Position numbers and translations under genes: made by a program. A stretch of 55,433 nt of DNA, taken from positions 1-55,433 of IMG/VR virus record IMGVR_UViG_3300044707_000152; one strand, given 5' to 3'. The notes under the pieces were generated by a model. It made no database searches and had not been told where the DNA came from. It worked only from the letters and a program-made list of their open reading frames with translations. This document shows positions 18,190-28,701 of the stretch, one piece after another. The stretch is from a virus. Lineage: Duplodnaviria; Caudoviricetes. The first letter of the stretch is position 1. The number at the start of each line of letters is the position of its first letter.

Positions 18190-19806
18190 ATGTCTATCGC
18201 AGAACTCATAATGACAGGAACTCAGCAAGCATCCAAATCAACGGATTGGGTGGCAGATTCTTTGGCTAAAATTGGAGACAATGTAAGCAAGGTTCTTCGT
18301 GAACGAGAACAGAATAGGCAAGCCCAAGAGATGTTACCATTCTTGCAACAAAGTATGCAGGACTCAATGAGACTTGCAGGAGAAGGTAAGTCAGGTGAGG
18401 CGTATGCGAAGTTGATGCCGTTCTTGGCTGACCCAGCAGTAATGAATAATCCAAATTTGAGGCAAGCTATACCTGCATTTGAAAGTGGGATAAAGATTGC
18501 GGGAGATGAGTTCTATAAGAAAGAACAACTTCGCATTCGTGAAGATATGTATAACGCGAGGTATGGTGGTGGCGAAACGGAGGTTGTCTATGATACCCCA
18601 ACCGCCGAGCAGATGGCTGATCCAAACTATCGTCCATCTGCTCGCGTTGTTCCAAAAACAACACCAACCAGAAGCGGTGGTGGTGGCGCAGGAATGGGCG
18701 GGGGGTCTGCGCGTGAAGGAGCTATTGCCATAGACCAATCAACTCCGCTTCCCGGTATGGAGGCAAGATTTACGGATACCATTCCTGAAGTGGATACTAA
18801 CGGAGAGCAAAGAGGATTTGGATTTGGTTGGAGCTATCAAGAAGGATACCGCCCGACTGCTGATAGGCGCAAATCATTTGAGAAGGAATACAACGACTTC
18901 CTCAATGCTCCAGTTGAAGAGCAGGAGAAAATAAAGGAGCAGGTTCAAGTTACTCAAGAAGATGTGCCAGAAGGCAAGCAAGTGATCCCATTCCGAATGG
19001 CATTGAATCCAAACATTGTTGGGATTGTTGGCCCCGAAAGTTCTGTCGAAGTAGAAAAGATTGTCCAAGTATTCAAGGATGGAAGCCAAGAAGATCGCAG
19101 AGAGCTAATCAAAAAAAATCCGCTCGCCGCAACGATCAATGACCTAGAGAAAGCAGACAATACTATTTCAAGCAATAACACATTGCTGAACATCCATAAA
19201 CAGGTTGATGGAAATTATTCTAGGATCACAACAGAAAGGGTATTCCAAACTGATGATCCAAAGACTGATACATTCAAAATTTTTATTGATGGAAATGAAG
19301 CTCCTAATGTGCAGACGGACGCTAATGGAGCAGAAGCTATTGGGATAATGAAAGCCAAGGAAGTCGCCGCATTGACAGGCAAATATGATTTTGTCAGAGG
19401 AAAACCCACCGCTCCCGCGCCAACTCAAGGTGGAACAAAGAAACTTTCTTTAGAAGAGATAGCTGGCGGAGGGAGCGCATCTGCTGCCGCCAAACCGCAA
19501 CCGGAAAAATTATCCGCTGATAATCCATTTGCTCAAGCTGTATCTGAAAAACAAACTCAAGCATCTGCTGCCACAAAACAATCTATTGAAACTCAAAAGA
19601 CAAAAATCCAAGATTCAATTTCAGAACTTGAAAATAAACTTAAAATCTTAACTGCCGTTGGTCAGCGGAATCCAGAGATTCTTCCAAATTATCTTCGTAG
19701 AAAAATGAGTGCATATATGAATGCAACGCCATCTCGTAATGCTAAAGATTTTGAAGATACTAAAAAGGAAATTGAAAAACTAAGGTCAAAATTAAAATCT
19801 TTGTAA
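18190..19806 (+). CDS. Internal virion protein
   Basis: 538 aa; lies between the pilot-like and giant proteins. Confidence 0.5.
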   Translation: MSIAELIMTGTQQASKSTDWVADSLAKIGDNVSKVLREREQNRQAQEMLPFLQQSMQDSMRLAGEGKSGEAYAKLMPFLADPAVMNNPNLRQAIPAFESGIKIAGDEFYKKEQLRIREDMYNARYGGGETEVVYDTPTAEQMADPNYRPSARVVPKTTPTRSGGGGAGMGGGSAREGAIAIDQSTPLPGMEARFTDTIPEVDTNGEQRGFGFGWSYQEGYRPTADRRKSFEKEYNDFLNAPVEEQEKIKEQVQVTQEDVPEGKQVIPFRMALNPNIVGIVGPESSVEVEKIVQVFKDGSQEDRRELIKKNPLAATINDLEKADNTISSNNTLLNIHKQVDGNYSRITTERVFQTDDPKTDTFKIFIDGNEAPNVQTDANGAEAIGIMKAKEVAALTGKYDFVRGKPTAPAPTQGGTKKLSLEEIAGGGSASAAAKPQPEKLSADNPFAQAVSEKQTQASAATKQSIETQKTKIQDSISELENKLKILTAVGQRNPEILPNYLRRKMSAYMNATPSRNAKDFEDTKKEIEKLRSKLKSL

Positions 19807-19851
19807 TAAAAGATTCTTGAATTTTTAAAACTGAATTGATAGGTTTTTTCA

Positions 19852-22800
19852 ATGAATTTCACTCCCGAAAAGTTAAAAACCGCGAGGGATAGCGGATACA
19901 CCGACGATGAGATTTGGAACTTTCTTGGTAAGGACGATCAACGATTTAATTTAGCCAAGGAGAATGGGCATTCTTTAGACGATACAATAACTTACTTTTC
20001 AAAGGTAAGTCCTCCAGAACCAGAACGCCGCGAAGGTGGGGGTGTAGTCGGTGGTGCAGCAGACATAGGAATCCAGTTTATGAAGGGGTTGGGAACTGGA
20101 ACCCGAATGATTTCTGATGTCTTCGGCGCAAACAATCCAGTATCTAAATCTATAGCAGGCTACGAAGATTATTTTGATAACCTCTTGTCTGCTGAATCGA
20201 AGCAAGACTCACAAGAGATTTCCCGTATTCTCAAAGACGCTGAAGGTAAGGGTATCTTGCCACAGATCATGGCTGGTTTGGAAGCGTTCACAGTTGCTCC
20301 AGCAGAAATGACTGCAACCACAATGGGCATAATGCTACCTAACTTGGCTGGAGGCGTGTATGCTAAAGCCGCGCAATTGACCAAAGCTGGTGTTATTGGA
20401 CTACAGATGGGCATAGGTGCAGCACAAGGGGCAGGATCAGTTAAAGGCCAAATCTACACAGCAGTCCAAGAGGAACTTCGTCAGCAAGGTTTGCCAGAAG
20501 ATAAGATTGACGACATAGCAACCGAGGCTCAAGCGTATAACGGAAAGAATTTGGATCAGATTCTTATCGGCGCAGGACTTGGAGCCGCCGCATCCTCGAC
20601 TGGTGCTGAAAAGATAATGACTCGTTTGATTACGGGGGCAGGCAAAGAAGCGAGTGAAGATATAATTAAATCTGTAATCAAAGGAGGATTCTCTGAAGCT
20701 CCTATTGAAGCATTGCAAGGCGGACAAGAAAAGATTGCCGAGAATGTTGCGCTTCAAAGAATCGGTGTAGATGTCCCAACTATGCAGGGTGTAATTCCAG
20801 CGGCGACAATGGAAGCTACTGCTGGTCTTTTAATTGGTGGTGGATTCGGAGGTGTTGAAGCACTTACTTCTACAGAACAAAAAGAAGAGAAGAAGATTGA
20901 TAAACAATCCAATCAAGTAGCCAACGAACTTTTGGCAGAAAACACACCAGCAACGCAATCTGTAGTAAAAGAATTAGCTCGCCGCGAGAATGCTGTTGCT
21001 AACCTGCAAGAAGCCTACGATGCCTTGGAACCTACTTCACAAGAAGCGCAGAAGTTGAAGTTGGAATTGAGTGAAGCGCAGAGAAACTTGAGTGCATTCA
21101 AGGAAGTAGCTAACAAAGCAGGATTATCGGAACCGATAACAGAAGCCGAGCGTCAGCAAGCCGAGTTAGCCAAGGCGATAGTAGAAGAACCTACCCCAAC
21201 TGTTAAGGAATCCTTACCAGTTCAACCTGCACAAGCTGCACCCGCACCCGCACCAGTAGAACAAGTAGTCACGCCACCAGTAGAGGTTGCACCCACCATC
21301 GCAGAGGCCGCGCCGGTTGAGCCAATCACTCCCGCACCAGTCACCGAGCAGCCTATTGAAGCAAAACCACAGAGATATGTTTTGCAGCAAATTGTAGCCA
21401 CATCAGGAGAATGGAGAACAATACAAATACTTCCCAATAAAGAAGCCGCTGATGCGGAGCAAGCGAAGCTACCAGAAGGTGCTACTGGATGGAGAATAAT
21501 TCCAGAAACACCAGTCACCGAGCAAGCCGCACCAGAAGAAATAACAATAGAAGAAGCCACCGACTTGGGATATACGCAACGCGACCCAAAGGATGTAAGG
21601 GTATTCAAAGCTTCAAAGATAACAAACGAATCACTCACAAATCATTTAGAAAAACAAGGATTCCGAGAAGGGGATATAATTGAAACACCGACTGGAAACG
21701 CGGAATTGTATGTATCCGATTCTGGGTTTGCATATTCTTGGAAACCAAAAAAAGGTAGAGGCAGAGATGGCGTAATCAAAGACCCAATTGAAGGAGTAAG
21801 GATTGAGCCAGTAACATTGCGTGACCCAAATGCGCCAGCAATGAGCGCAAAGGTTTCAAAAACTCAACCGCCAAAAGGTTATGTTAAAGAAGGTGGTAAA
21901 TATATTTTCAAAGCGGGGGTAACTGAACAACCAGTTGGAGCAGCTACACCAGTTGCCGAGGCCGTGCAAGCGACCGCTCCCGCTCCCTCTGCTGCACCAT
22001 CTGCCACCCCCGCAGTATCGGAAACGATAACGGAGCTAGTCCAGCGTGATGTCACGAAGCCAGAGCAGATGACACCGGAGGAGTTTGCTCAATTTGAGGA
22101 AGACTATGACAAACAAGCAAAGGTGCAAAGCGCAAAAAAAGCTAAGGCTCAGATTCCTTCTGAAAGCGGACTTGCAAAGATAGCAGAAGACAATGATATA
22201 TTGCGTATTGAAGGTCAATCCGAGTGGTATTCTTTTCAAGTTTCAGGTAAACGCATAAAGAAGTATACAGTAACCGAGAACGGGGCAAGAGGCACGGGAT
22301 TCTATTCTGCCCCTAAAGGCGGAAGTAACCTGACCTTATCTCAACTCAAACAGTGGCTATTGGATCGCGTGAGCCAAAACGCTCAGATGGGAACCTACAC
22401 TCCATTTGATTCAGAAACCGCTCAAGGAGACGCGATTTATCAGGCCTTTGAGGCGCGACGACCCATTTCTTCTGAGGCGTATGAATCTCTTGAATCTTAT
22501 CAAAAACCCGATCTACCAGAAGGATACGTCAAGCAAGGCGAGTTGTATGTTTACCAACCCGCAGTATCGGAAACGATAACGAAACCAAAACTCGGAGAAA
22601 AAGGCGGCGTTCTAATCCCCACCAAAGAAGACTTCATCCAAGCAGGACAGAACATCTACGAGGCTGGCATGGAGTTTGGTGCTTGGGCTAAACAGATGAT
22701 CCAGAGATTCGGTGATGCGGTCAGAGAGTTTCTTGGGGAAGTATGGCAAGCAGTGAGTGGTGCGCCAGCGAAGTTGAATGAACTGATGGGGTATCTTCCG

Positions 22801-25800
22801 AAGAAGGGTGAGGCTGGAGCGGTCAATGTAGGCAAAGGTAAGATAGGCGAGAAAGCTAAAGCCGCAGAAAAGCCAGCAGAGGAAGCTAAAGTAGAAGAGA
22901 AGCCAGCGGTGGAACCCGACAAAGAACAGATCAAGGGTGAAAAGATTGGCCCACCAAAGAAAACTCCAGAAGGCATTATCGCTAAGACCCAAGAACTATT
23001 ACGCAAGCAGTTTGATCCATCGAAAGTATCAAAAAACAATACTACTGAGGCATTCCGTGCATTGGGAAGATTGACTGGTAGGGGTGGAACTGATTTTGCT
23101 AAAGAACTGAATGATGTTGGAAGGGTAGTAGATGAGTCTGGCGCGGCGAGTGAGATTAGTATGGGTGCAGCGTTGTTCATTAACGACTTGTTTGAGTATT
23201 CTATTAGACTCGCGGCAGAAGGAAATAAGAAACTTCTTGGTATGATGTTGACTAACATCAACAAACTACCGACTGCTGCAATCGGCGTAAGTGATGCCGC
23301 CAGAGATTTACGCGCAAGGCTTGAGTTAACTCAACGATTCCTAATAATGGGACAAGCCGAGCAGGATGCCTACACTAACTATGTAGCAGAGTTTATCTAT
23401 GGGCCTAACCCAACTAAAGATCAGATTCAATCTATCAAGGATGCTTATGCAGCGGTAGAGAAGACCCCGCAAGTAACCGAGCAAGAGTTGACTGATGAGC
23501 TTGAATCGGTTGGTGGCAGAACTGGAACCGACTTGGTAGGTAAAATCAACGAAGAGTTTACTAAAGCTACTGAGAAGGGTAAGGAAAAACGCAAGACTGA
23601 GGAAGCGGAACTGGATGAGGAATACAGTAAGGTTCAAAAGCAAGCAGACGCTGAGATCGAAAAGCTCGCCAAGATTCAGTCTGACACACCTTCATTTGAT
23701 CCAGCAGCAGCAAGACAGACTGCAAATGATGTCCGTGCTATCGTAGCTGCTGACTTAAAACAACGCCCAGACATGGGACGCAAATCTCCTTGGAAGTCCA
23801 TGTTGGTTGCCAAACTCCAAGAAGCAGGAGTTGAGCTAACGGCAGCAGAGACACTGGCAGATATTGTTTGGAGACAGCATGAGATCAACAACCTTTCAAG
23901 GGAACTATCCTCCATCAATAAAGCTATTGAGAAAGGGCCAATCTCGGAGATCGTCAAAGCAATTAAAGACACTCCGCTGGAAGAACAACAGAAACCAAAT
24001 TGGAGATATGAGGTCATGCGTGACTACCTCCGTAGGGCAGGATTGAATGTTGCCCAGTCTGAAAGAATTGCGAAGTTAATGGACATCTCGCTCCAAAAAC
24101 GCTTCACGATGGCACAGGAGCAGGCATTCACAGATGCTATTAGTAAGTCTGCACCTTGGAAATCTGGAGATACCAGAAGCCGCAGAGCATTCCAGAAAGT
24201 ATTGCAAGCCCTCCGCGCTGGTGCATTAGACCCTGCAAGGAATGTGTTGAGCGACATGGCGGCACTTAATGGATGGACTGGGTTTACTCCAGAACAATAC
24301 AAAGTCCTCCTCAAGAATGACGCTATCCTCTCTGATCCAGAAGCAGGTGAACTTAAAAAGGCAGAAGCCTACAAAGCAATCCAAGATGTAATTTCTAAAG
24401 CCAAACTACCAATCCGCGCAAGGGATGTCATCGGGCAATACTACGATGCACAAGCACTGAGTGGTATTCCTACTTTAACTGTGAACTCATTCTCACCAAT
24501 CGCATTTGCTATGCGGAATGCTATTGTTGAGATTGGATCGGGAACTCTTAAGGGTAATCCAAAGGCTATCACCAACGCGGCGACTGCTTTTGTGGATTCA
24601 ATCAAATCATGGGCGAACACAGTTGCTTTCTCTTTCAAGAACAATGTCACAGTTTACTCCAATGTGGATTACATCGTGAACGATGATAATCTTCTTAGGC
24701 TTTATCGTCGCGGAGTAGATCAGTTCAAGGGTGGCAAGACACCAAGAGAACGGGCAGACGGAGTAAAGAACATGATGATTGGTATGATGGATTATGTTCG
24801 TCGCATCTTGAATGCTCTCGACTATGGCGCGATTGCCTCACTTCAAAACCAGAACATTAGCAAGTATTCGATGGCAGTAATGAAGCGACAGAAGATGTCC
24901 ACCAAAGAAGCCAACGATATGTTTGCGGTGATGATGAAGGCTAAGAATGATTTCTACCTCCAGCAAATCGCTATCGGAACCGATAAAAACAAAGCAAGCA
25001 TTCTCGCTGATGAGTTCTACATTTCCTCATGGAACGATGCTCTGACTAAAGCAGGCGTAGAGAAAAGTGATATTAAGCAAGCAATGGATGCCGCAATCAA
25101 TGATGCGCTATCCTCTGTTGGTAGAAACAGGCAGTCACTTGATTCTTTGAAAGATGAGTCAACCAAGTTGAAAGACGCTGGTGTATCTTCGATGCCTGCC
25201 TTGTGGTTGTTGGAGTCGATGGCAAGCGCGGCCAATCAAACTGAAAACCAGATTCTGAAATTGTTCAGCCGAATCATCTATGGGTATGCAATCGTTCCTG
25301 CTCGCGTGATTCGTGAGACAGCTTGGTTTTCGCCATACGGATTCGTGCGTTTTGGATATGATTGGTTAGCAAAGAAGATGGGCAAGACATCACCTTACGC
25401 TCAGTCACTCGGAACCGATGTCCAGTATAGCCAGAGGCTAAACGAGGCTATCGCTGGAACTGTAGCATTGATTGCTCTTGCATCCCTCCGCGCTGGATCA
25501 ACTGACGAACCAGAAGAAGATGAGTTCAAGATAGTATTTACTGGTAATGGCCCAAAGAGAAGCGATGACCCTCAGTTCTATGACTCTTGGTATAAAGCAG
25601 GCAACAAGCCAAACACCATGAGTATTTATTTCGGGAAGTCCAAGTTTGACTTGAACATGATGAGAGGATTTGAAGCGTTCACTTGGCCTGCTATGATGCT
25701 TGGTGCGCTCGATGATTTGGAGATTCGCAAAAAGCAAAAACGCGATACTAACACCGCTTCTCAAATTGAAGATGCAAGCATTGTGGCGGGATTTGTATTT

Positions 25801-26427
25801 GATGCTGCGCTTCGTCGAGGCCCATATGCCTTCACTACAAAGTCACTCTTCGGAACATATGGAGACATCGGTGTAGAGGGCATCGCCAAGGGTCTTACCT
25901 TCCCCGCTAAGACTCTGATTCCAGTATTGGGAACAAGCCTTGCAAGTAACCTGTCGAACTTCATCAACGATCCTGTTGATAGGCGCACATTAGATGGTGC
26001 GGTATGGTCAAACATCCCATTCATCGGGCCTGCCGTAGCACCGAAATCTTTGAATGCTTTTGGTGAACCTGCGCTTTCAACTGACTTCGCAAGCAAAATG
26101 TTTAAGCTCGGAGTTCCGATTGTCTATGACATCCCGACTGACAGAGAATCAATCATGCTCCATGAGTTAGTCTTGAGTAAGGGTGGTGGGCCAAGCATTC
26201 CGACCCGGAATCAGCTTGCACAAAGGCTCGACAGAGACCCGACCAACAAAGAATACGAGATGTTCGTGAAGGAATATGGCGCGGTTCTCACGACATCCAT
26301 GAAGAAGAATTACGAGAAACTTTCTGCGATGAAACCGGAGGCTTACACCAAGGTTGTTGAGCGAATCGGTAATCGTGCAAGGGACATCGCGGAGAACAAG
26401 GTTAGGGTTGCTGCGAAAAAACCTTGA
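19852..26427 (+). CDS. Giant internal virion/ejection protein (2191 aa)
   Basis: ARDSGYTDDEI N-terminal motif, Gly/Ala-rich hydrophobic segments, P/E/A-rich linker, long helical C-terminal part; last gene of the virion operon. Confidence 0.65.
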   Translation: MNFTPEKLKTARDSGYTDDEIWNFLGKDDQRFNLAKENGHSLDDTITYFSKVSPPEPERREGGGVVGGAADIGIQFMKGLGTGTRMISDVFGANNPVSKSIAGYEDYFDNLLSAESKQDSQEISRILKDAEGKGILPQIMAGLEAFTVAPAEMTATTMGIMLPNLAGGVYAKAAQLTKAGVIGLQMGIGAAQGAGSVKGQIYTAVQEELRQQGLPEDKIDDIATEAQAYNGKNLDQILIGAGLGAAASSTGAEKIMTRLITGAGKEASEDIIKSVIKGGFSEAPIEALQGGQEKIAENVALQRIGVDVPTMQGVIPAATMEATAGLLIGGGFGGVEALTSTEQKEEKKIDKQSNQVANELLAENTPATQSVVKELARRENAVANLQEAYDALEPTSQEAQKLKLELSEAQRNLSAFKEVANKAGLSEPITEAERQQAELAKAIVEEPTPTVKESLPVQPAQAAPAPAPVEQVVTPPVEVAPTIAEAAPVEPITPAPVTEQPIEAKPQRYVLQQIVATSGEWRTIQILPNKEAADAEQAKLPEGATGWRIIPETPVTEQAAPEEITIEEATDLGYTQRDPKDVRVFKASKITNESLTNHLEKQGFREGDIIETPTGNAELYVSDSGFAYSWKPKKGRGRDGVIKDPIEGVRIEPVTLRDPNAPAMSAKVSKTQPPKGYVKEGGKYIFKAGVTEQPVGAATPVAEAVQATAPAPSAAPSATPAVSETITELVQRDVTKPEQMTPEEFAQFEEDYDKQAKVQSAKKAKAQIPSESGLAKIAEDNDILRIEGQSEWYSFQVSGKRIKKYTVTENGARGTGFYSAPKGGSNLTLSQLKQWLLDRVSQNAQMGTYTPFDSETAQGDAIYQAFEARRPISSEAYESLESYQKPDLPEGYVKQGELYVYQPAVSETITKPKLGEKGGVLIPTKEDFIQAGQNIYEAGMEFGAWAKQMIQRFGDAVREFLGEVWQAVSGAPAKLNELMGYLPKKGEAGAVNVGKGKIGEKAKAAEKPAEEAKVEEKPAVEPDKEQIKGEKIGPPKKTPEGIIAKTQELLRKQFDPSKVSKNNTTEAFRALGRLTGRGGTDFAKELNDVGRVVDESGAASEISMGAALFINDLFEYSIRLAAEGNKKLLGMMLTNINKLPTAAIGVSDAARDLRARLELTQRFLIMGQAEQDAYTNYVAEFIYGPNPTKDQIQSIKDAYAAVEKTPQVTEQELTDELESVGGRTGTDLVGKINEEFTKATEKGKEKRKTEEAELDEEYSKVQKQADAEIEKLAKIQSDTPSFDPAAARQTANDVRAIVAADLKQRPDMGRKSPWKSMLVAKLQEAGVELTAAETLADIVWRQHEINNLSRELSSINKAIEKGPISEIVKAIKDTPLEEQQKPNWRYEVMRDYLRRAGLNVAQSERIAKLMDISLQKRFTMAQEQAFTDAISKSAPWKSGDTRSRRAFQKVLQALRAGALDPARNVLSDMAALNGWTGFTPEQYKVLLKNDAILSDPEAGELKKAEAYKAIQDVISKAKLPIRARDVIGQYYDAQALSGIPTLTVNSFSPIAFAMRNAIVEIGSGTLKGNPKAITNAATAFVDSIKSWANTVAFSFKNNVTVYSNVDYIVNDDNLLRLYRRGVDQFKGGKTPRERADGVKNMMIGMMDYVRRILNALDYGAIASLQNQNISKYSMAVMKRQKMSTKEANDMFAVMMKAKNDFYLQQIAIGTDKNKASILADEFYISSWNDALTKAGVEKSDIKQAMDAAINDALSSVGRNRQSLDSLKDESTKLKDAGVSSMPALWLLESMASAANQTENQILKLFSRIIYGYAIVPARVIRETAWFSPYGFVRFGYDWLAKKMGKTSPYAQSLGTDVQYSQRLNEAIAGTVALIALASLRAGSTDEPEEDEFKIVFTGNGPKRSDDPQFYDSWYKAGNKPNTMSIYFGKSKFDLNMMRGFEAFTWPAMMLGALDDLEIRKKQKRDTNTASQIEDASIVAGFVFDAALRRGPYAFTTKSLFGTYGDIGVEGIAKGLTFPAKTLIPVLGTSLASNLSNFINDPVDRRTLDGAVWSNIPFIGPAVAPKSLNAFGEPALSTDFASKMFKLGVPIVYDIPTDRESIMLHELVLSKGGGPSIPTRNQLAQRLDRDPTNKEYEMFVKEYGAVLTTSMKKNYEKLSAMKPEAYTKVVERIGNRARDIAENKVRVAAKKP

Positions 26428-26451
26428 CACCCGCAGAAGCTGATGTAGATT
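26424..26451 (+). promoter_or_regulatory. Sigma70-like promoter
   Basis: TTGACA-N16-TAGATT. Confidence 0.55.
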
Positions 26452-26497
26452 GGTTGCGCAGCATTTGGGATGTTGTATTCATGTTATTCATCAGGTT

Positions 26498-26533
26498 GAC
26501 GCACCTCGGAGAAATTCGGGGTGCGTTTTCTGT
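26498..26533 (+). terminator. Rho-independent terminator
   Basis: GACGCACCTCGGA-GAAA-TTCGGGGTGCGTT then TTCTGT. Confidence 0.7.
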
Positions 26534-26578
26534 TATAGGAACCGATAAAAATATTTTCTAAAAAGTATTAAAAAAATG

Positions 26579-26606
26579 TTGACACGATAATCGTAGTCTG
26601 TAGATT
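26579..26606 (+). promoter_or_regulatory. Sigma70-like promoter of the recombination/modification operon
   Basis: TTGACA-N16-TAGATT preceded by an A/T-rich UP-like tract. Confidence 0.6.
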
Positions 26607-26645
26607 TGCCTTGCGAACGGCACAACCTCCGTCCATAAAAACCTA

Positions 26646-26858
26646 ATGAAAGACACACCAACAGTAAAAAAAGAAGTAACAGAAAAACCCGTAGTGAACT
26701 CCGAACTCCAAAAAGAAATCTATCTCCGCTTGGTATCGGCAGCAGCATCAGATGGCAAATTTGAATTGGGTAAATTGCCCAATGCACAGGCAGTAGTCAA
26801 GCAGGGCGACCACCTCAAGGGTGTGGCTGAACTCCTCGCTAATTGTTTCGAGAAATGA
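26646..26858 (+). CDS. Hypothetical protein
   Basis: 70 aa; first gene after the promoter. Confidence 0.65.
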   Translation: MKDTPTVKKEVTEKPVVNSELQKEIYLRLVSAAASDGKFELGKLPNAQAVVKQGDHLKGVAELLANCFEK

Positions 26859-26998
26859 GAGACGAAGACGATTACGATCTTTCTTCGGAAATCGAAGAGG
26901 CGCGTCACGAAGCATACATCCATAAATGTGCTATGCGCGACATGGATCAAGGCATCCGACCTACCTATTGGGACGAACCAAATGACGATCACGAATAG
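26855..26998 (+). CDS. Small acidic hypothetical protein (47 aa); not in the ORF track
   Basis: MRDEDDYDLSSEIEEARHE...; ATGA overlap with the upstream gene. Confidence 0.55.
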   Translation: MRDEDDYDLSSEIEEARHEAYIHKCAMRDMDQGIRPTYWDEPNDDHE

Positions 26999-27851
26999 AC
27001 ACGATTTGCCAGCCCCAATGTATCGGGCGTTGGCGCACGATGGTTATATGGCGGGTCAAAGAAAAGCTGACATCTCAGTGACTACTTTGATCGGCCCACC
27101 GAAGATCAACCAACTCAAGAAACGCTATTCTGAGCAGATCGTAGAAGACGCATCCGATAGGGTGTGGGCATTGCTTGGTCAGTCAGTGCATAAAGTTCTT
27201 GAGCTGGCAGGCGGCGAAGACGAGATGACTGAGAAGCGTCTATACAAAGAGATTAGTGGTTGGACGCTGACTGGTCAGACTGACTTGTATGAGACTGGTA
27301 ACAAAGTAATCTCTGACTTCAAAGTAACATCGGTCTTCAGTTTCCTCCTCGGCGGCAAGTCTGAGTGGGAAGCACAGATCAACCTCAATGCTATGCTCTG
27401 GAGAGAGTATGGATACGAAGTCAAGAAAGGTCAGATCGTCGCCATCCTTCGGGACTGGCAGGCAAGCAAGGCTGAGTTTGACAAGGAGTATCCTCAATGT
27501 GCAGTCCACATTGTTGACATACCTCTTTGGGATAACGAAGAGTGTTTGGCCTACGCAGCGGAGAGGATTAAACTCCACCAAGCGGCGGCAGCAATGCCAG
27601 ACGATACCATCCCTGCCTGTGATCCAAAGGAACGGTGGGCTAAATCAGATACCTTTGCCATCAAGAAGGACGGGAACAAACGAGCAGCAAAAGTGTGCGA
27701 GACATTGGAGGAAGCTGAAAGACTGCTACCTACCTATGGCGCGAAACACTCAATCGAAACAAGAGCAGGTGGGAATATCCGCTGCGAGCGTTACTGCTCT
27801 GTAGCACCCTTCTGCCACTACTACAAAACAACCTATAATACAAATGAGTAA
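26982..27851 (+). CDS. PD-(D/E)XK, Cas4-like exonuclease
   Basis: Likely start MTITNRH at 26982; ISVTTLI, GQSVHKVLE, LTGQTD, ISDFKVTS, EAQIN, C-terminal RCERYCSVAPFC. Confidence 0.8.
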   Translation: MTITNRHDLPAPMYRALAHDGYMAGQRKADISVTTLIGPPKINQLKKRYSEQIVEDASDRVWALLGQSVHKVLELAGGEDEMTEKRLYKEISGWTLTGQTDLYETGNKVISDFKVTSVFSFLLGGKSEWEAQINLNAMLWREYGYEVKKGQIVAILRDWQASKAEFDKEYPQCAVHIVDIPLWDNEECLAYAAERIKLHQAAAAMPDDTIPACDPKERWAKSDTFAIKKDGNKRAAKVCETLEEAERLLPTYGAKHSIETRAGGNIRCERYCSVAPFCHYYKTTYNTNE

Positions 27852-28659
27852 CCAATTAGACGGCATTGAGCCAAACGACATCATCAAAAAAGTAACGGGA
27901 AAAATCACCAAACTATACAAAGCAAGAAATGTAAATACAAAGTATGGCGAAAAGAACTTCCAAGATGGAGAAATTGAAATCGACGGAAACGCTTACAAAA
28001 TAACTTTTTGTAATAATGAGCAAAAAGATTCAGTAAAAAATAGAACTGTAACCTTGTCTTCAACTCGCGGTAAACAAGGGTTGAATGGAGTTACATTTGC
28101 CGAAGAAAAATACGAGAACAAAGAAGGTAAACAAGTTTGCAATCAAGTCATCAAGGTTTCAGCCTCAGCTAAGGTGGAATACGATGGCGTAAGCGAAGAA
28201 CCTGCCCGTGTTACATCAACACCCAAAGTTATCGTAACCGATAATCCAGAGAAGGCACTTGATGAGATCGTTGAGATGCACCAATACATCGACTCCTTGG
28301 TTCGCATGGCATACCTTGGAAAGATTACAGACGAAGAGACTCTTCGGGCATATGTCTCGTCGGTCTTCATCGAAGCTAACAGGAAGGGCATTTACTATTC
28401 GACCAAAGTAGAAGCACCTAAGAAGGAAGAACCCAAGGCCGAAGAACTTGATCCTGCTGACTGGGCATCGGTCATCGTCCCAAGCGGATCACAGAAGGGT
28501 AAGAAGCTGGCAGAGATCGGCAAGCCTGCCCTCACTAAACTCTACGAATACTACTTGGAGAAAGGATTCACAACCCCCTTCGCTAAGTGCGTAGAGAAAG
28601 CAGCAGAAGACCTAAACCTCGACGCTCCAGCAGAAGATAGCGACGACATTCCATATTGA
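27844..28659 (+). CDS. Single-stranded DNA-binding/recombination protein
   Basis: OB-fold-like N-terminus; acidic tail EDSDDIPY; follows the exonuclease. Confidence 0.6.
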   Translation: MSNQLDGIEPNDIIKKVTGKITKLYKARNVNTKYGEKNFQDGEIEIDGNAYKITFCNNEQKDSVKNRTVTLSSTRGKQGLNGVTFAEEKYENKEGKQVCNQVIKVSASAKVEYDGVSEEPARVTSTPKVIVTDNPEKALDEIVEMHQYIDSLVRMAYLGKITDEETLRAYVSSVFIEANRKGIYYSTKVEAPKKEEPKAEELDPADWASVIVPSGSQKGKKLAEIGKPALTKLYEYYLEKGFTTPFAKCVEKAAEDLNLDAPAEDSDDIPY

Positions 28660-28701
28660 TTCTGTTCTCCCCAGAACACCTAACCTAAACCTAAACACAA
28701 C

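Noticed and set aside
26982-27851. Cas4 as part of a CRISPR-Cas system
   Set aside because: Stand-alone Cas4-like exonuclease next to an SSB is a normal phage recombination module; there is no array or other cas gene
28663-28678. Verrucomicrobial LexA box (TGTTC-N4-GAACA)
   Set aside because: The spacer here is 6 nt (TGTTC-TCCCCA-GAACA) and I saw only one copy; more simply a small hairpin
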